DNA of 64,000 nt from Parasitella parasitica NRRL 2501 (lineage: Eukaryota > Fungi > Mucoromycota). Where the stretch lies: positions 210,425-274,424 of the forward strand of contig MU619250.1 of NCBI GenBank assembly GCA_025201805.1, in the 5' to 3' direction. The stretch's first letter is position 1. Each line of letters begins with the position of its first letter. The notes beneath the pieces are model-generated. The model was not told the DNA's origin and made no database searches. It saw only the letters and a list, made by a program, of their open reading frames with translations. Made by a program: the position numbers and the translations under genes. Of the stretch, positions 38,170 through 51,223 are shown piece by piece.

Positions 38170-39334
38170 CCACATTATCATACTCTACATACACAGATTT
38201 TACATATTAAACGATGCTAACAGACAAACACCTTGATATACATGCTTTTATACATATGCAATGTCATGCAAAATGCACAAGTTGTGCGGTGATGTGATTA
38301 GTTTATAAGAGAATACGGCCTTCACAAATGATGCTATGCTGTGGAAAATAAACTCAATCGTTATTTAGCGAAATCGAGCCTTTATATTAACTCTATTTTT
38401 AGTTTTTGTGATGCATTATACCCTATATATAATTTATTAATTGTGTCGTTAAAATTGACAATCAATGCTTGTAATTGAGTCGAGGAAATAATAATAATAA
38501 TAAAAAAAAAGTGAGTATTACGCTGAAGTGTTTGAAAGCTATTTTATAAATATAAACTGAAGTACGATTGCAAGTTATGATGAACTTGATCCACATCAAT
38601 CATCTTTTGGACGTCGAGTCGGATAGCAGTAGGAATGAATTGATGCTGCTCGAAGCAAGACGATAATGAACCTTTTAAATGCTAGCCAGCGTTATGAATA
38701 CTATGAAATGGGCAAGGCATTTGACTGTATCGAAAATGAAAAAGATTGAGGTCGAGGTTGAGTTCGGGGTAGCAGATATATCATTAATGGTAATGGCGGG
38801 ATAGGCGAATTTAAAGATGACACCCTGCCAAAACAAAGAAACTGAATCAACAACAGTTAATAAATACTTTGGGGCAACAGAGTAGATAGAAAGAACGAGC
38901 TCGACAAAAAAAAAAGAGGTTATGTCTTATGGTGTGGCATTTTGTACTTTTCAATCCATATAATGTGCCCGTTTCCAGGCGATGAAAGTAAGAGAAGCTG
39001 ATGCTATCGAGTCTTAATACTGTTGTTGACATGAATAGAAAGCTACTGTGGGCAGAAAATCGATTTCCAGTGGGGATTGAACCCAGCTGAAAGAATACCT
39101 AATCGACGATGAGAACAAGGTAGGTGCTCTAGGGGGGGGGGGATATTCTATTCTCCACAATATAAATCAAACAAAGTATCTTCAGGGCCTTTTTGAGCCT
39201 CGACTTTATCCAACTCGCCGATATGTAACTTTTGAAGAAAAAAAAATCAACGCTTTAGTAATATAAGAAAGATTTAAGGTATTTTACAGTTATTCATTGA
39301 TATCTATGGCATTTGCGTTCTTTTTTCGATGCAT

Positions 39335-40706
39335 TTATTTGCTGATCTTTTCAGTCAATTCAGGAACAGCTTTGAACAGGTCCTCAACAAGACCATAGTC
39401 AGCAACTTGGAAAATCGGAGCATCAGCATCCTTGTTGATGGCAACAATTGTCTTGGAGTCCTTCATACCAGCAAGATGTTGGATAGCACCAGAGATACCT
39501 ACAAAAATTGTGGTTAATTTAGAATTTCTATTTTTCCCACGACCAAAATCCATCATGTTCCATACCAACAGCAACGTAGAGTTCTATTTACAAAAGATAT
39601 TAGAGAATTGAAAATAGCAACATTTTTTGATCTGCACTTACCAGGAGCGACGATTTTACCAGTTTGACCAACTTGCAATGAGTTATCGACAAAGCCAGCA
39701 TCAACAGCAGCACGAGAAGCACCGACTTGATTACAATAAATGCGTTAGTCATCTTCATGTCAAAATTCTCACAAGCACGTGATGGAATATGTGTGTACCT
39801 GCAGCACCAATTTTATCAGCTAAATCATACAACAAGCTAAAGTTCTCGCCATTCTTCATGCCACGACCACCACTGATGACACGCTTAGCAGTGCCGAGGT
39901 CAGGGCGATCACTCTTTTGAATTTCCTCACTAATCCATTGAGTCAAAGCGGGCTTGTCGGCAGAAGGAGCGGGTTCCTCAGAGGCAGCTTCGCCAGAGGC
40001 AACAGCAGCTTCAAAGGCAGTACCACGGACAGTAATCACCTTGATCTTGTCATTGGATTTGACAGTAGCAATGGCATTACCTGGTGTGAAACAATTTGCA
40101 AATGTTGAATAACGCATCATCTTTTGCGTGTGTGTGTTTCCCTCCCCCCCTCTATGATTTTACTTACCAGCATAAATAGGACGAATAAATGTATCATCAC
40201 CTTCAATGCCGACAATATCGGAAACAGCAGCAACATCCATCAAGGCAGCAGCACGAGGAAAGATGTTTTTGCCAACAGCAGTATGGCCAGCAAACAAATG
40301 AGTAAAGTTAAATTGAGATTGAGCTGCAGCCAAAAGAGGGGCAACATTCTCAGGCAATGCGTTGGCATAAGCAGCATCCTTTGCAAGCAAAACCTTGGAG
40401 ATGCCAGTCAATTTTCCAACTTCCTTGGCAACAGCTTCAGGGGCGTCGCCAGCAACTAAGGCAGTAACGGAACCACCCAACTTATTGGCAGCAGTTAAAG
40501 CATTGAGAGTAGCGCCACCGATAGCACCATCTTTATGTTCAACGTATAAAAGTGTATTGGCTCCAGCGCCTGTTGCATAGAAGCGTTGAGCAAGAGTAGC
40601 ACGTGCCTATTGAGTGCAATTTTTTCAGAATAAGCCTGCACTCTGCTTAAGCCAACATGGCATTACTTACTTGAATAGCAATACGTGAGGTGGTAAAAGA
40701 AAGCAT
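39335..40706 (-). CDS. ETFA: Electron transfer flavoprotein subunit alpha, mitochondrial. Exons 40706-40671, 40606-40168, 40080-39799, 39725-39642, 39583-39566, 39498-39335
   Basis: Motifs [63 protein letters not shown] and [10 protein letters not shown]. Confidence 0.97.
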
Positions 40707-41857
40707 GTTATTGATAATGGGATATGTAGGAGAAACAAAAAGCAGAAATCCTGGGGAAAGTGGAAGTGATCAATTTAGTAGATGTAGCGTTACATCTCCG
40801 ATGTACTCTGCCAACGTCACCCATTTTCACATGGTATATGTCAAGTCAATGTACATGATAAAGGCCTCATTGAGAGCATCCATTCACCCTGAAAGATGAT
40901 CTATTGTATGTTGCATTAAATGAAAGTTAATTGGCCCCAAGAAAAATGGATTAAGTACGAAACTAGATGAGCCGATTCGTCGTTGATCGTCAAGATGCCA
41001 TGGAGATCAGTGGATTGATGTTTGTCATTCAAAAAGACTAGATCACACTTTTGCTAATTCTGAAAAATCAGTATGTGCATATAACATTTAACGGCCATCG
41101 TATAATGTAGATAGTTTTACCCATTATTTGTCAGTTTCTAGTGAAGAAAACCCAACGGTACCGTTTTAGAGTGATCCATAAACTGTTGGATTTGAAACCT
41201 GGATATTTATATTGCTTTTGTTTGTGTGCTACAAAGAAAAACACAAATACATGCATACTGAACATGAAATTCATCAATTCCCATTAACCAAAAAGTTGTT
41301 TGAACATCATAGCAGACTGAAATCAAGACAAGACAAAATGTCAACTTGCAATTTGAATCGTGTCGCTTTGACATCATTATCGATAGATCCCAAAGCTAAC
41401 AAAAGCTCATTATAATAATAGGAATCTCTCATCACTGCTGATGGCGCTAGTTTACACCACAAAAAAAAAATATTATCAAATAGCTGTGTATCTTGAAAAT
41501 TAATATAATCTGCGATTCCTTCATCAGTGGTGTTACCTTACTCGGTTCTCTTTGGAAAGTTTGAGTTCGGATAAACCTTCAATGCGTCAAGTCAGTATTA
41601 TCTTGCTGTTTTCCTGTTGCTGTAGCATCTTGTAATATGTATACAGATGAATAATAAAACGAGTATTTCAAGCCCAATATTCACATATTGGTATATTTGG
41701 CACTGTATATAAACTAATAATCACAAGATGCGATACTTGCAAAACGGCGTAAAAAAAAACTACCTAATTCGGGCGGCATGCTTTATTTCTACTCCTTCCT
41801 CTTTATTTGATAATTGTATTTTAATACTTTTTTTTTTCGTTGTTAGTTGAGTATATT

Positions 41858-43956
41858 ATGCAATCTTACAATGCAGCCATTGAAAATGTACTTCCCATGC
41901 TGAAAAAAAGGTCAAAGGCATCGTACATCGGCATGGCCATTATATGTCTTGTCATCAAGCAAGTGTATTCAGCCTATTCTGTACCAAAGCATCTGCGACG
42001 ATTTCCCAAAGTCTCATTTCTCGCTATGATCAGGTCCTTTCTTACCAAGGAAGCAGTCGCTGAACGTACAAAGCGTTTAGTAACTCCTCTTACCGATGCT
42101 GGGCATGGTTTTTATGTGGTAAGTTGCATGTCCAATGTCCTTTACCAATCCTGGAGCTCAAACTATCCATGTTTTGCAGTGTAAAATCCCTTTCACCTGG
42201 ACTGTATTTGTTACAGATCCTATTGCTGCTAAAACGCTGCTCTTAAAGACAGGTAGGTGTAGTGTAAATCAGTGTCTTTTCTCCGCAGATGATTCACCTT
42301 CTATTTAGAGTCTTTCCCAAAATCTCATGCATTCTTTGACGCTTTGGGAGACAACAGCCCTGCTGTGCAATTTTTAGGCCGGGAAAATGTCGCTGCTTCT
42401 AATGGCGAGATTTGGAGGAAGCAAAGAAAGGTATACATAAAGCCGCTATTATAGAGACATATTTTATTTTGGTATTAATGTATCTGCCATAAGATCATGA
42501 ACCCTGCTTTCCTTCGCTCTTCCCCAATTAAAACGTTTAGCAATGTTACGCACAACTTGATTGAAGCCATTGAAACTGAAAGCGATGCTGTTCCTATCGC
42601 TAATCGTATGAAGGCATTTACGATTGATGCCTTGGGGTTATCTGCATTTGGTATGTTCGAAAAAAAAAAAGATGTTGCTGTTTATATTTTAAACAAATGG
42701 ATATGATTGTAGGATTTGATTTTCAGTCTTTGAATGGTGATCCTGAAAGATGGACAGAAACATACAACATTGCTATTGCCGGCCTATTCGACCCTTTTAT
42801 CAATATCTTTATTAGATTTGATTTCTTGTTGAATTACATCTCTCCAAGTAGAAAAAGAATCAGCAAAGCAATAACCAGATTCAATAGCATGTTGGAAGAT
42901 TTAGCCAATAAAAGACGCCAAGAAATCCTAAATGGAGATACTCAAGGTGTGCCTGAAAATGAAAAAGACCTGCTTACACTCATGATCGAAGCCGATATCC
43001 GAGAAGGCTCTAAAACAACTTCAACTGAATTGAGAGTAAAACGCATGTAGATGTTATTATTCATATTTCGATTATTAATCTATATTGTAGCATAATATTG
43101 CTTTATTTTTCTTGGCAGGTAAATTGCTTGCATCGTTGGCAAACTAAGGACAGTTTTGTGTTTACTTTTTGATTATATAGGCCATGATACGACTGCTCAC
43201 ACTTTGGCTTTTTGTCTGTATAATCTAGCAAAGAATAAGGTAACACGTACATCTTTAGTATGTCGAATGGCATGCATACTAATTGCAATGAATAAAGCAT
43301 GTACAAGCAAAGGCACGCGCCGAAGTATTAGATATTTTGGGCGATGAACCCAAGGATGTCGATCCCACTATGGAAGATTTAAAGAGAATGAACTATATGA
43401 ATATGGTCATTAAAGAGGTTTGTACATGAAGCATACAAAATTACTTAAATCATAAACTAATAGATAGTGCAGAATCTTCGCAGATGTGGACCTGTAGACA
43501 AGTTACTCTCAAGAGATACAGCGGAAGATATCAATCTGAATGGAACATGGATCCCCAAAGACCAAAAAATAAGCATTGATTTTAATTCTATTCACATGAA
43601 CCCTAAGCTCTGGCATAATCCAGAGGAATTTGTTCCCGAAAGATTCGAGCAAGGAGGAGAATATGACCAGCATACAGGATTTACATGGCTTCCTTTTAGT
43701 AACGGATCAAGACAATGCATTGGCATGAATTTCAGCTTGACTGAACAAAAGGTGCTTTTGTCAATGATATGTGAGTGTGAATATATACTTAATACACACA
43801 GCATGCAAGAAAGCTAACTACTATGTTGCCGATGTAGTGAAAAAATACGAGATTGACATTGATATTGATTCGCCCCATTATCATGCTGTTGTCTTTGATA
43901 CGGCATTTACTTTTGCTCCTCAATCGCTTTACCTGAAATTCGTAAAACGTTATTAA
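41858..43956 (+). CDS. Cytochrome P450 (Mucorales CYP509-like, tentative), 10 exons
   Basis: I-helix FFLAGHDTT, ExxR (KENLRR), PERF and heme motif WLPFSNGSRQCIG. The family assignment is unverified. Confidence 0.92.
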
Positions 43957-44287
43957 CCAAGTAAATAAAAAAAAAACTATAATACTGGTCATCAAACAAC
44001 TGCGCAGGCAATTTTGTAAGTATCACAAGCGGAAAAAGTTAGCGCGCACTTGAGTATGTGGGCATTGCCCAATTAAATATTCTCGCTCCCAGGCCCGAAT
44101 ATTTCCACGATATTCGACATTCGTTACTTCATCGTTCTCAAATCTAAAGAACCTCTTATGCCTCTCACAAAACAGCTCAGATTCGGTTATCCGACTATGA
44201 ATATATAATAATAATTAATTGAGTGCAGATGATCAGCCTTCTTACCTTTTTTTCTCTCTCTCTGATCATTGGCATTATATATCCCAA

Positions 44288-46422
44288 ATGATTCTCATCA
44301 ATAGACTTATTCAAGGACTCAATACAAAGACAGATATTTTGATCAAGATATTGGGCCCAAAACTGCGTACAACGGCTGGTGTCGCAAGCCTTAGTACTGC
44401 CATTGTATTGACCCTATTTTATACTGCAATTAAATTGTATATGAAGCCGCCAAAAGAATTAAGGCATCTAATGACGATGGATTACTTTTCATTCCTGGGC
44501 TATGTGTTTAGAGATGAATTGTTTGAAAAATACTCTAATGAAATGGTAATGCCTTTATTCAAGAAGGGTGCAAATGGCATTTATGTGGTAAATATCTTAT
44601 GGGCTGATGGCACTATTCGACACATGGCAGCTCATCTGTGATATATAGAGACCTACAGTTATCGGATGGCATGTGGAGCTTGCAAACCCTCTCATTGTCA
44701 AGCACGTTCTACTAAAACCAGGTATGCGTAAATATCGCTATTAATACAAAACAGACATGCTCAACTTTTTTTCATGTATATGCTATGTATATAGAATCTA
44801 CTTTTCCCAAGGTTAAAATGGATGCAGGTATCTCAGGAACATTGATTCACAGATTCTTGGGTGGTCCAAGCATTGTGTTTCTCAGTGGTGCAGATTGGAG
44901 AAGACATAAAAAGGTAAGCGCGATAATTGCTGTAGTGTATACAATGAAGATTTTTAATACACTCTACTCTATCATAGATTGCAAACCCTGCGTTTCAGAG
45001 ATCTATGCCTGTGAAAACATTTGGCAACTTGACCCTCAAAATGTTCAAAACCATGGAAAGTGGTGGTACAAACACGATTGATGTACTTGATATATTTGAA
45101 AGATTGACTCTTGATGCCATCGGGATTGCTGGATTTGGTATGTATACGCAGATATATATGCATGTAATAGTGCATATATAGCAGGTTGTATTTGGGCTAA
45201 AGTCAACTCAACGGCATTGTATCCTGCGAACCAATATAGATTTCGATTTCAATGCTCTCGGTGACAAAAATAACAAATGGGTGTATTACTATGATTCCGT
45301 CAAACTCGGAATGGCAAGCCCTTTCTTTGTGCTCTTTCCTTCCTTCGACACCAAATGGGTGCATTGGTTCAAGAAAAGACAACAAATTCATGACAATATG
45401 ACAAAATTTAAAGAAAATCTCGACAAAATTATTACAGAAAAAAGGGCTCTTGTGGCTAGAAACGTGAGCAATGGTTCAGAATCAGAAAAGGATCTGCTTA
45501 CTCTGATGATTGAAAGTGAAATGAGTCTAGGCAGTGAGACCATGTCAAACGAAGAATTGCGTGTAAGTATTTACACATGCACTTGTACATACTCGCACAG
45601 CAGTCTAATTATGTACATTGGCAAAACATGTAGAGCAATCTCTACTTGTTCATGCTTGCAGGACATGATACATCCAGTAACACGCTAGCTTTCACTTTGT
45701 ACGAACTGGCTAAACACCCTGTAAGTCATGCATTTCTCGCAAATAGCGAATTCGTTTGTAAGCATTGTTTAATAACAAATAAAACGGTATTTAGGAGATT
45801 CAAAAGCGAGCAAGAGAGGAGGTCCTCCAAATTCTAGGAGACAGCTCTGAAGACGCAATTCCTACATTAGAGCAAACAAAGCAATTAAATTACCTACACA
45901 TGGTTATGAAGGAGACTATGAGAAGACATCCTCCTGTCTACAACACCACTGCCCGTGTGGCCACAGAAGACATCAACACGGCTGGCATTTATATCCCAAA
46001 GGGAACCGAAATGCGTCTTGATATCTACAACCTTCATCATAACCCTGATGTTTGGATGGATCCCTACAAATTCGACCCTGAAAGATTTGCTCCTGGCGGA
46101 GAAGCTGATAACCAGGAAGGAATTGCATGGATGCCCTTTTCAAACGGTGCTCGTCAATGTATTGGCATGAATTTCAGTTTAGTTGAGATGCGTGTTGTCC
46201 TCTCCATGCTATGTAAGTTGAGCTATTATTTTTTCTATTTTGAATTATCGCTTTTACTGATTTTTATTCTAACTCGCAAACTCATTAGTGAAAAAGTTCA
46301 CCTGGACATTGCCTGTTAATTCACCACACAAAGATACTCTGCAAAATAGAGGCCTTGCTTGGGGTTTGGTGATCAATAACGATAAACTTGATATTACTTT
46401 TGAAAAGAGATATCAGCCTTGA
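44288..46422 (+). CDS. Cytochrome P450 (tandem paralogue, CYP509-like, tentative), 8 exons
   Basis: FMLAGHDTS, KETMRRHPP, DPERF and WMPFSNGARQCIG. The last exon 46289-46422 ends FEKRYQP*. Confidence 0.92.
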
Positions 46423-48052
46423 ATTAATGTTTATTTTCCTGAATAAAACTTGAAGGATGCCAATACAGTCTCAGTTGTCAAATCCAAATCCTATCTGCCT
46501 GAATTGAGTTATCCACAGAAAAGTTCCAAAAACGGCTATCCACAATTCGCCTGTTTGATATCTGGATTCCCCCACTTTTCAAATAGAAAGAAAATGGTGA
46601 TAGTTGTGGACATTCAAAAGACTGGTGACAAATATTAAGTTAGAGTTGAATATTGAGAAATTGAGAGTAATTCCACTAATTGCATCTTGTTTGTTGAGTT
46701 TAATAGAGATTGTCTTCGTACTGTAAGCTCATGGTATCATTATTACCCAGATTTAGATCAAAGCAAAGAGTGATATGCTAGAAACGACTTTTCAAGGTTC
46801 AAAAGGAAAGAGCACTTTTCACCTAAAATCATTAGTATGAATAACAATTACTTGAATATTGTATTGTTTTGCAAAGAAATGTAAACTTACTGTAAATCAA
46901 ATCATCGACAAGTTTCATTTCATGGCTATTAAAAATGTGCGTTTTTGTCCCTACAACAAATATTATCGTCATAAGGGATTTTACAATGCATTACTAAGTG
47001 AATGCTGCGCAATTTAGGCTTTAATATACCTGTTTTTCATAATTTTACTAGAATTCATCCTCTTTGATGCGACTGAAGCGCTTAGAACTGCGCCAAATGA
47101 TTTCTCAGTGTTTGTGCCTATTGTCTGATGTATTTCCACCAAAAAAATAGATGATAAAAAAATCGTGGATTTTCAACAATTTTTCATGAGGGTCTACAAG
47201 CAAAAATAAATAAAAAACACAATATCTCGATTTTGACATCAAAAATGAAGTTTTGTTCTATGGTATATATTAATGGAAAATGTCCCCTTTTGCTTTAAAA
47301 ATGATATAAAACTACCATTTTAGGTAATACTTATGCAAACTTTGGACTTTCAGTCAAAAAACACATTTCTATTCAAGTGCAAATTACTCGAGAATCTTGG
47401 TGAAACATTTCTTTGAAATGCATATCAACAAATGCGCAATTGCATACTGTACTGATCCACTTATAACAATAATGAAGATTAAATTAGCACATTTTAGAGA
47501 TATTGTTGAAAAAACGATTGTCGAATCCATTTTTTTATGAAATGAAATGAATCATTCAATTCTTCACAAAGAAAGAAAGTCGGAGATTCAACTAAATTGC
47601 AGTAGCCAGCAAACATTAAGGGATATCAAATTTTAGCTGCAAGCTGTATACAAAATGCTTTGTAAAAAAGATTCCGCAGAACTAGTAGTAAAATTAAATA
47701 TATATATATAAAATTAAAGCGACAAGAAGTTTTTTAGGCTTTTAAAGCAATTTTGACCATCGAAAATAGGTGGTTGAAGTGGCTAATGAATGGCATCAAT
47801 GTTTGATCAAATCAAAATCTAAAAAAAAAGAAGAAACTACTTCAGAGGGAGCTATGCACCATTATTTGCTTGGAAACACTATGAACAGTGTATCAAGTGT
47901 TCACAGTCTCCAAACATATGATGAAAATTCTTTGAAATCAAGAAGCTGGGCTAATAATTAAACCACAAAAAAGACATCTTCATTCGGATTCTTGTAGTCA
48001 CAAACTTCACAAGGTGCATCCTTTATCATCGCTTTCTTTCCTGTGCATTATA

Positions 48053-50468
48053 ATGGAATGTTTGGAGACACAGCAGCTTTTATCAAAAACAGTATCATCA
48101 GAGAATACAACGACGAGCAAGATTGTTGGATGTCAATTCCATCAAATATCCTTCGCAGTGTCCGAACAAGGACAAATGCTAACTGTTGATCGCACACTGG
48201 AGAATCTAGAGGTGGATAAACATAATCTTATCGATGGCGTGAAGCAGGCAGTAGCCTGCTGCTCAAAAAGTCAAGAAGAATGCAATTTTTACCTAAGAAC
48301 GTCTACAAATACAGTCTATCAACTAAGCATCGATCTAAGGTTATGTCTTTTGAGAAAAGAAAAATAGTGCATACACAAGATCTGATATAATGTATATTTA
48401 GTAATAACGGACATCCTCGAAAACGATTGAAAATGAACCAAGATATGATGGCACAGCATGTGCAATCCATAAATCTGACTGCCATCGCAAGTAACATCAA
48501 CCACCTTTTAATGCATCAAGGCCTTATATTGATATCTTCAGAAACTGCCCAAAAGCTAAAAGATGGAAGATTGCAAGATGCAAGTGGGTTTTACACAGAA
48601 GACCTTGACATCACTTCACTTCAGTCTGTTGAAAACTTGCATTCAAGCTTTATGGATTTCTTTTCTTTGCAAACAAACGCTGGTTTGATTTATGGTACGA
48701 GAGATGGAACTGTCAATTGGCGAGATGTTAAATTAGAACAGGATACCTTACTATTCAAAATGGAGCAAGATGAACGAGTAGTGTTGGTAGACTTTATCCA
48801 AGCATCCAATCTAGCCGACACATTGATAGCTGTAGGAGAACACGGCACAATCATACGCTATACGCAAGCAGATCAAGGGCTAGAAATGAGACAATTCAAC
48901 TTACAAAGCCCTGTCTACTCCATTGACAAGGTGCAAGCCTTGAAATATATTGCATCAACAGGCATTGGGAGAGTATTATTACTTGATCTGAGCCAAAGTG
49001 ACAAAATAAGAACAACAAAGATGCTCAATACTTCAAACGTTAAACATTTGAGAGTGCTTGACGACGGCATCTTTGAAACCATATCTGAAATAGACGACTG
49101 CATCGTTATCAAAAGAATCAGATTTAGCGAGACACCCATATCTATTGAGAACGACGCCAAGGCCATGCAACAGCTAATAGAAGAAACGTTGCAGGAGCTG
49201 GCGCAAGAAGAAGCTTTGGTGAAATCTATGGAAATCAAAGAGAAGGTATGCGTATATTCCACCTGATATACTCTCAGATTACCAAATTCCAACTAGGAAT
49301 TGAGCGATAAGCTCGCGTCAACGAATCGCACATTGTACGCCCTTAGAAGCATCAACGACAAGCGAGAGTTGGGGCTATGCAATACTTTTGATTCGACAGG
49401 GTTTGAATTTTCTGTGCGTCCTATCACTAAATCAAATTCAAGTGAAAATTGTAGTGTCAATACACAGGCTTATCTGCGGATTTGCATCAAAAGTTCACGG
49501 TTTTTTGATCTGGAGGGATGGGATTTATCGATTCAAATGTTTCCCATCAATTCATTTATAGGTGAAACAAGGCTGATATCAGTCGTTGGTTTTGAACCGT
49601 ATTACGAAAATGGCATTGAACGTCATGTCATTTGGGAAAGGGACATAAAGCTTGATCTGGCCAAACAACAATTGCCAGCTAAAGTGAGTGCCACACTGAT
49701 TACGGCCGTGGATGACAAAAAAGAGCTTCAGTTTCCAGTTTCAGAAATGATTGTTGACGATATTCACTTTGCTACGCCGTGCAGCTCTCATATCAAATCG
49801 AGCATAGAGCGTAGAGGTCTAGATGAAATTTCAAGTCGGTTCATGCAATCATACGAGCAACAGAAACTGCATGATAGAACTGGAAGATACCCGTTTGCTC
49901 GATTGTTGCAACAACAGCAACGAACAAAACATGACCTGCCCCATCAGAAAAACGTGCATATTCGATATATAGTGTCTTCACTACGTGATGAGCAATATAG
50001 ATCAATTTTGCCCAGCATCCTATGTGAGGGTCATTCTAGCTACGCGCACGATTTCTTCCATGGCAACGCTGAGCAGGCGTTATTTACAATGGCTAGCTAC
50101 CCTGGATGTCCTATTCTTATTACTCTATCTCGAGGTAGTGTATATTGACATCCCTAGTGCGAAAAGGAAATCTTGGCTAATATAAAATGAGACTAGTCTC
50201 TCCCGATATGGTTGATTTCAGCATCCAATGCACGCACACTCCAGCGCTGTTCAAAGTGGAATCTATACTGCTGAATCGGATCCATCGTATCTTCTTGCAA
50301 GATGCAAAGATGATAGACACCAGGTTATTAAAGCCATTAGAATCGTCCATTATAGAGCTACAGCAAGCGTACCAGCAAGATAATGAAGACCCGGAATTGA
50401 GAAAGACACTCAACATATTGTGCAATCTTCATAAACAAGAACCAATTGGGTGTTTAACCTTTACATAA
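48053..50468 (+). CDS. FAAP100-like protein (Fanconi anaemia core complex-associated), tentative. Exons 48053-48339, 48402-49245, 49297-50134, 50197-50468
   Basis: The gene model is phase-consistent. Architecture is beta-rich N-terminus, coiled coil, beta-sandwich. Motifs YGTRDGTV, LIAVGEHG, MRQFNLQSPV, DLEGWDLSIQM and LPAKVSATL resemble remembered human FAAP100 segments. Confidence 0.65.
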
Positions 50469-50615
50469 ACCGAGACTGGGAAAATGTCATGTGTGTGAGT
50501 TACTCTATCGTTTCACCGACTTTTTTAAGGTTTTTTTGCATGAAATAAATTAGCTTGTCGTGCGAGTTACCTCCCTATCTCTTTCTCATTTACATTATAC
50601 ACAGTTGAAAAAAAA

Positions 50616-50875
50616 ATGTCAAATAAATTTGTAAACTACGTACTTTTTCCGGTTACAACTGTAGCGTTGATAGGAACAATTATTCGTAACCAGGCTCGTC
50701 CATCTAAAGCACACACTCAATATATAAACGATAACACACAGACACTGAATCAATGGAAGAAAAAAAACGATGGTTTAGGTGTGAATGATGTCGGCAGAAG
50801 GTAGATATCAAATTAAAGTTGTGTATGTACTGACTATTAATTGTTTTCGCTCAAAACAGCTGTGGAGGCGTATAA
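50616..50875 (+). CDS. 66-aa microprotein with an N-terminal transmembrane segment, ending DVGRSCGGV. Exons 50616-50800, 50860-50875
   Basis: A-rich start context, intron GTAGAT...TACTGAC...CAG, hydrophobic VNYVLFPVTTVALIGTII and a downstream AATAAA. Confidence 0.72.
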
Positions 50876-51223
50876 ATCCTGAGAATCTTACATTCTGTTC
50901 TTTCCGTCCATGTTGAAATAAAATAAAAACTCAAAATATTTTTTATCTTTGATTTGCGACTCGTCTGTATGCAATTCGCAAGTTAATAGTAATTTTATGA
51001 TGACTATTGCAAATATTCATTAGTACGACACTAAAAAAAAAAGTGCTCGAATTATCAGAGCAGTTGAAAATGAGATCACAATGATGGCGCACACACTAAT
51101 GATGTATAAAGTATCAAATTTAATTTATGCTCAAAGCCATATCGACTCAATCGTAATATACTCTAATTTTTTATTAAACGTAATGGTATTCCTTCAGCTG
51201 TATCGAACAACCAGAAACGTAAT

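Noticed and set aside
39078-39098. T-loop-like GGGTTCAATCCC on the minus strand
   Set aside because: Only a 4-bp stem, with no acceptor, D or anticodon arms.
38560-39130. Coding-like composition between the orphan gene and ETFA
   Set aside because: The frames I read contain stops and no family is recognisable. At most an unidentifiable relic.
46489-46497. TTATCCACA, a perfect DnaA box
   Set aside because: Eukaryotic nuclear context and a single exact copy, so a chance match.
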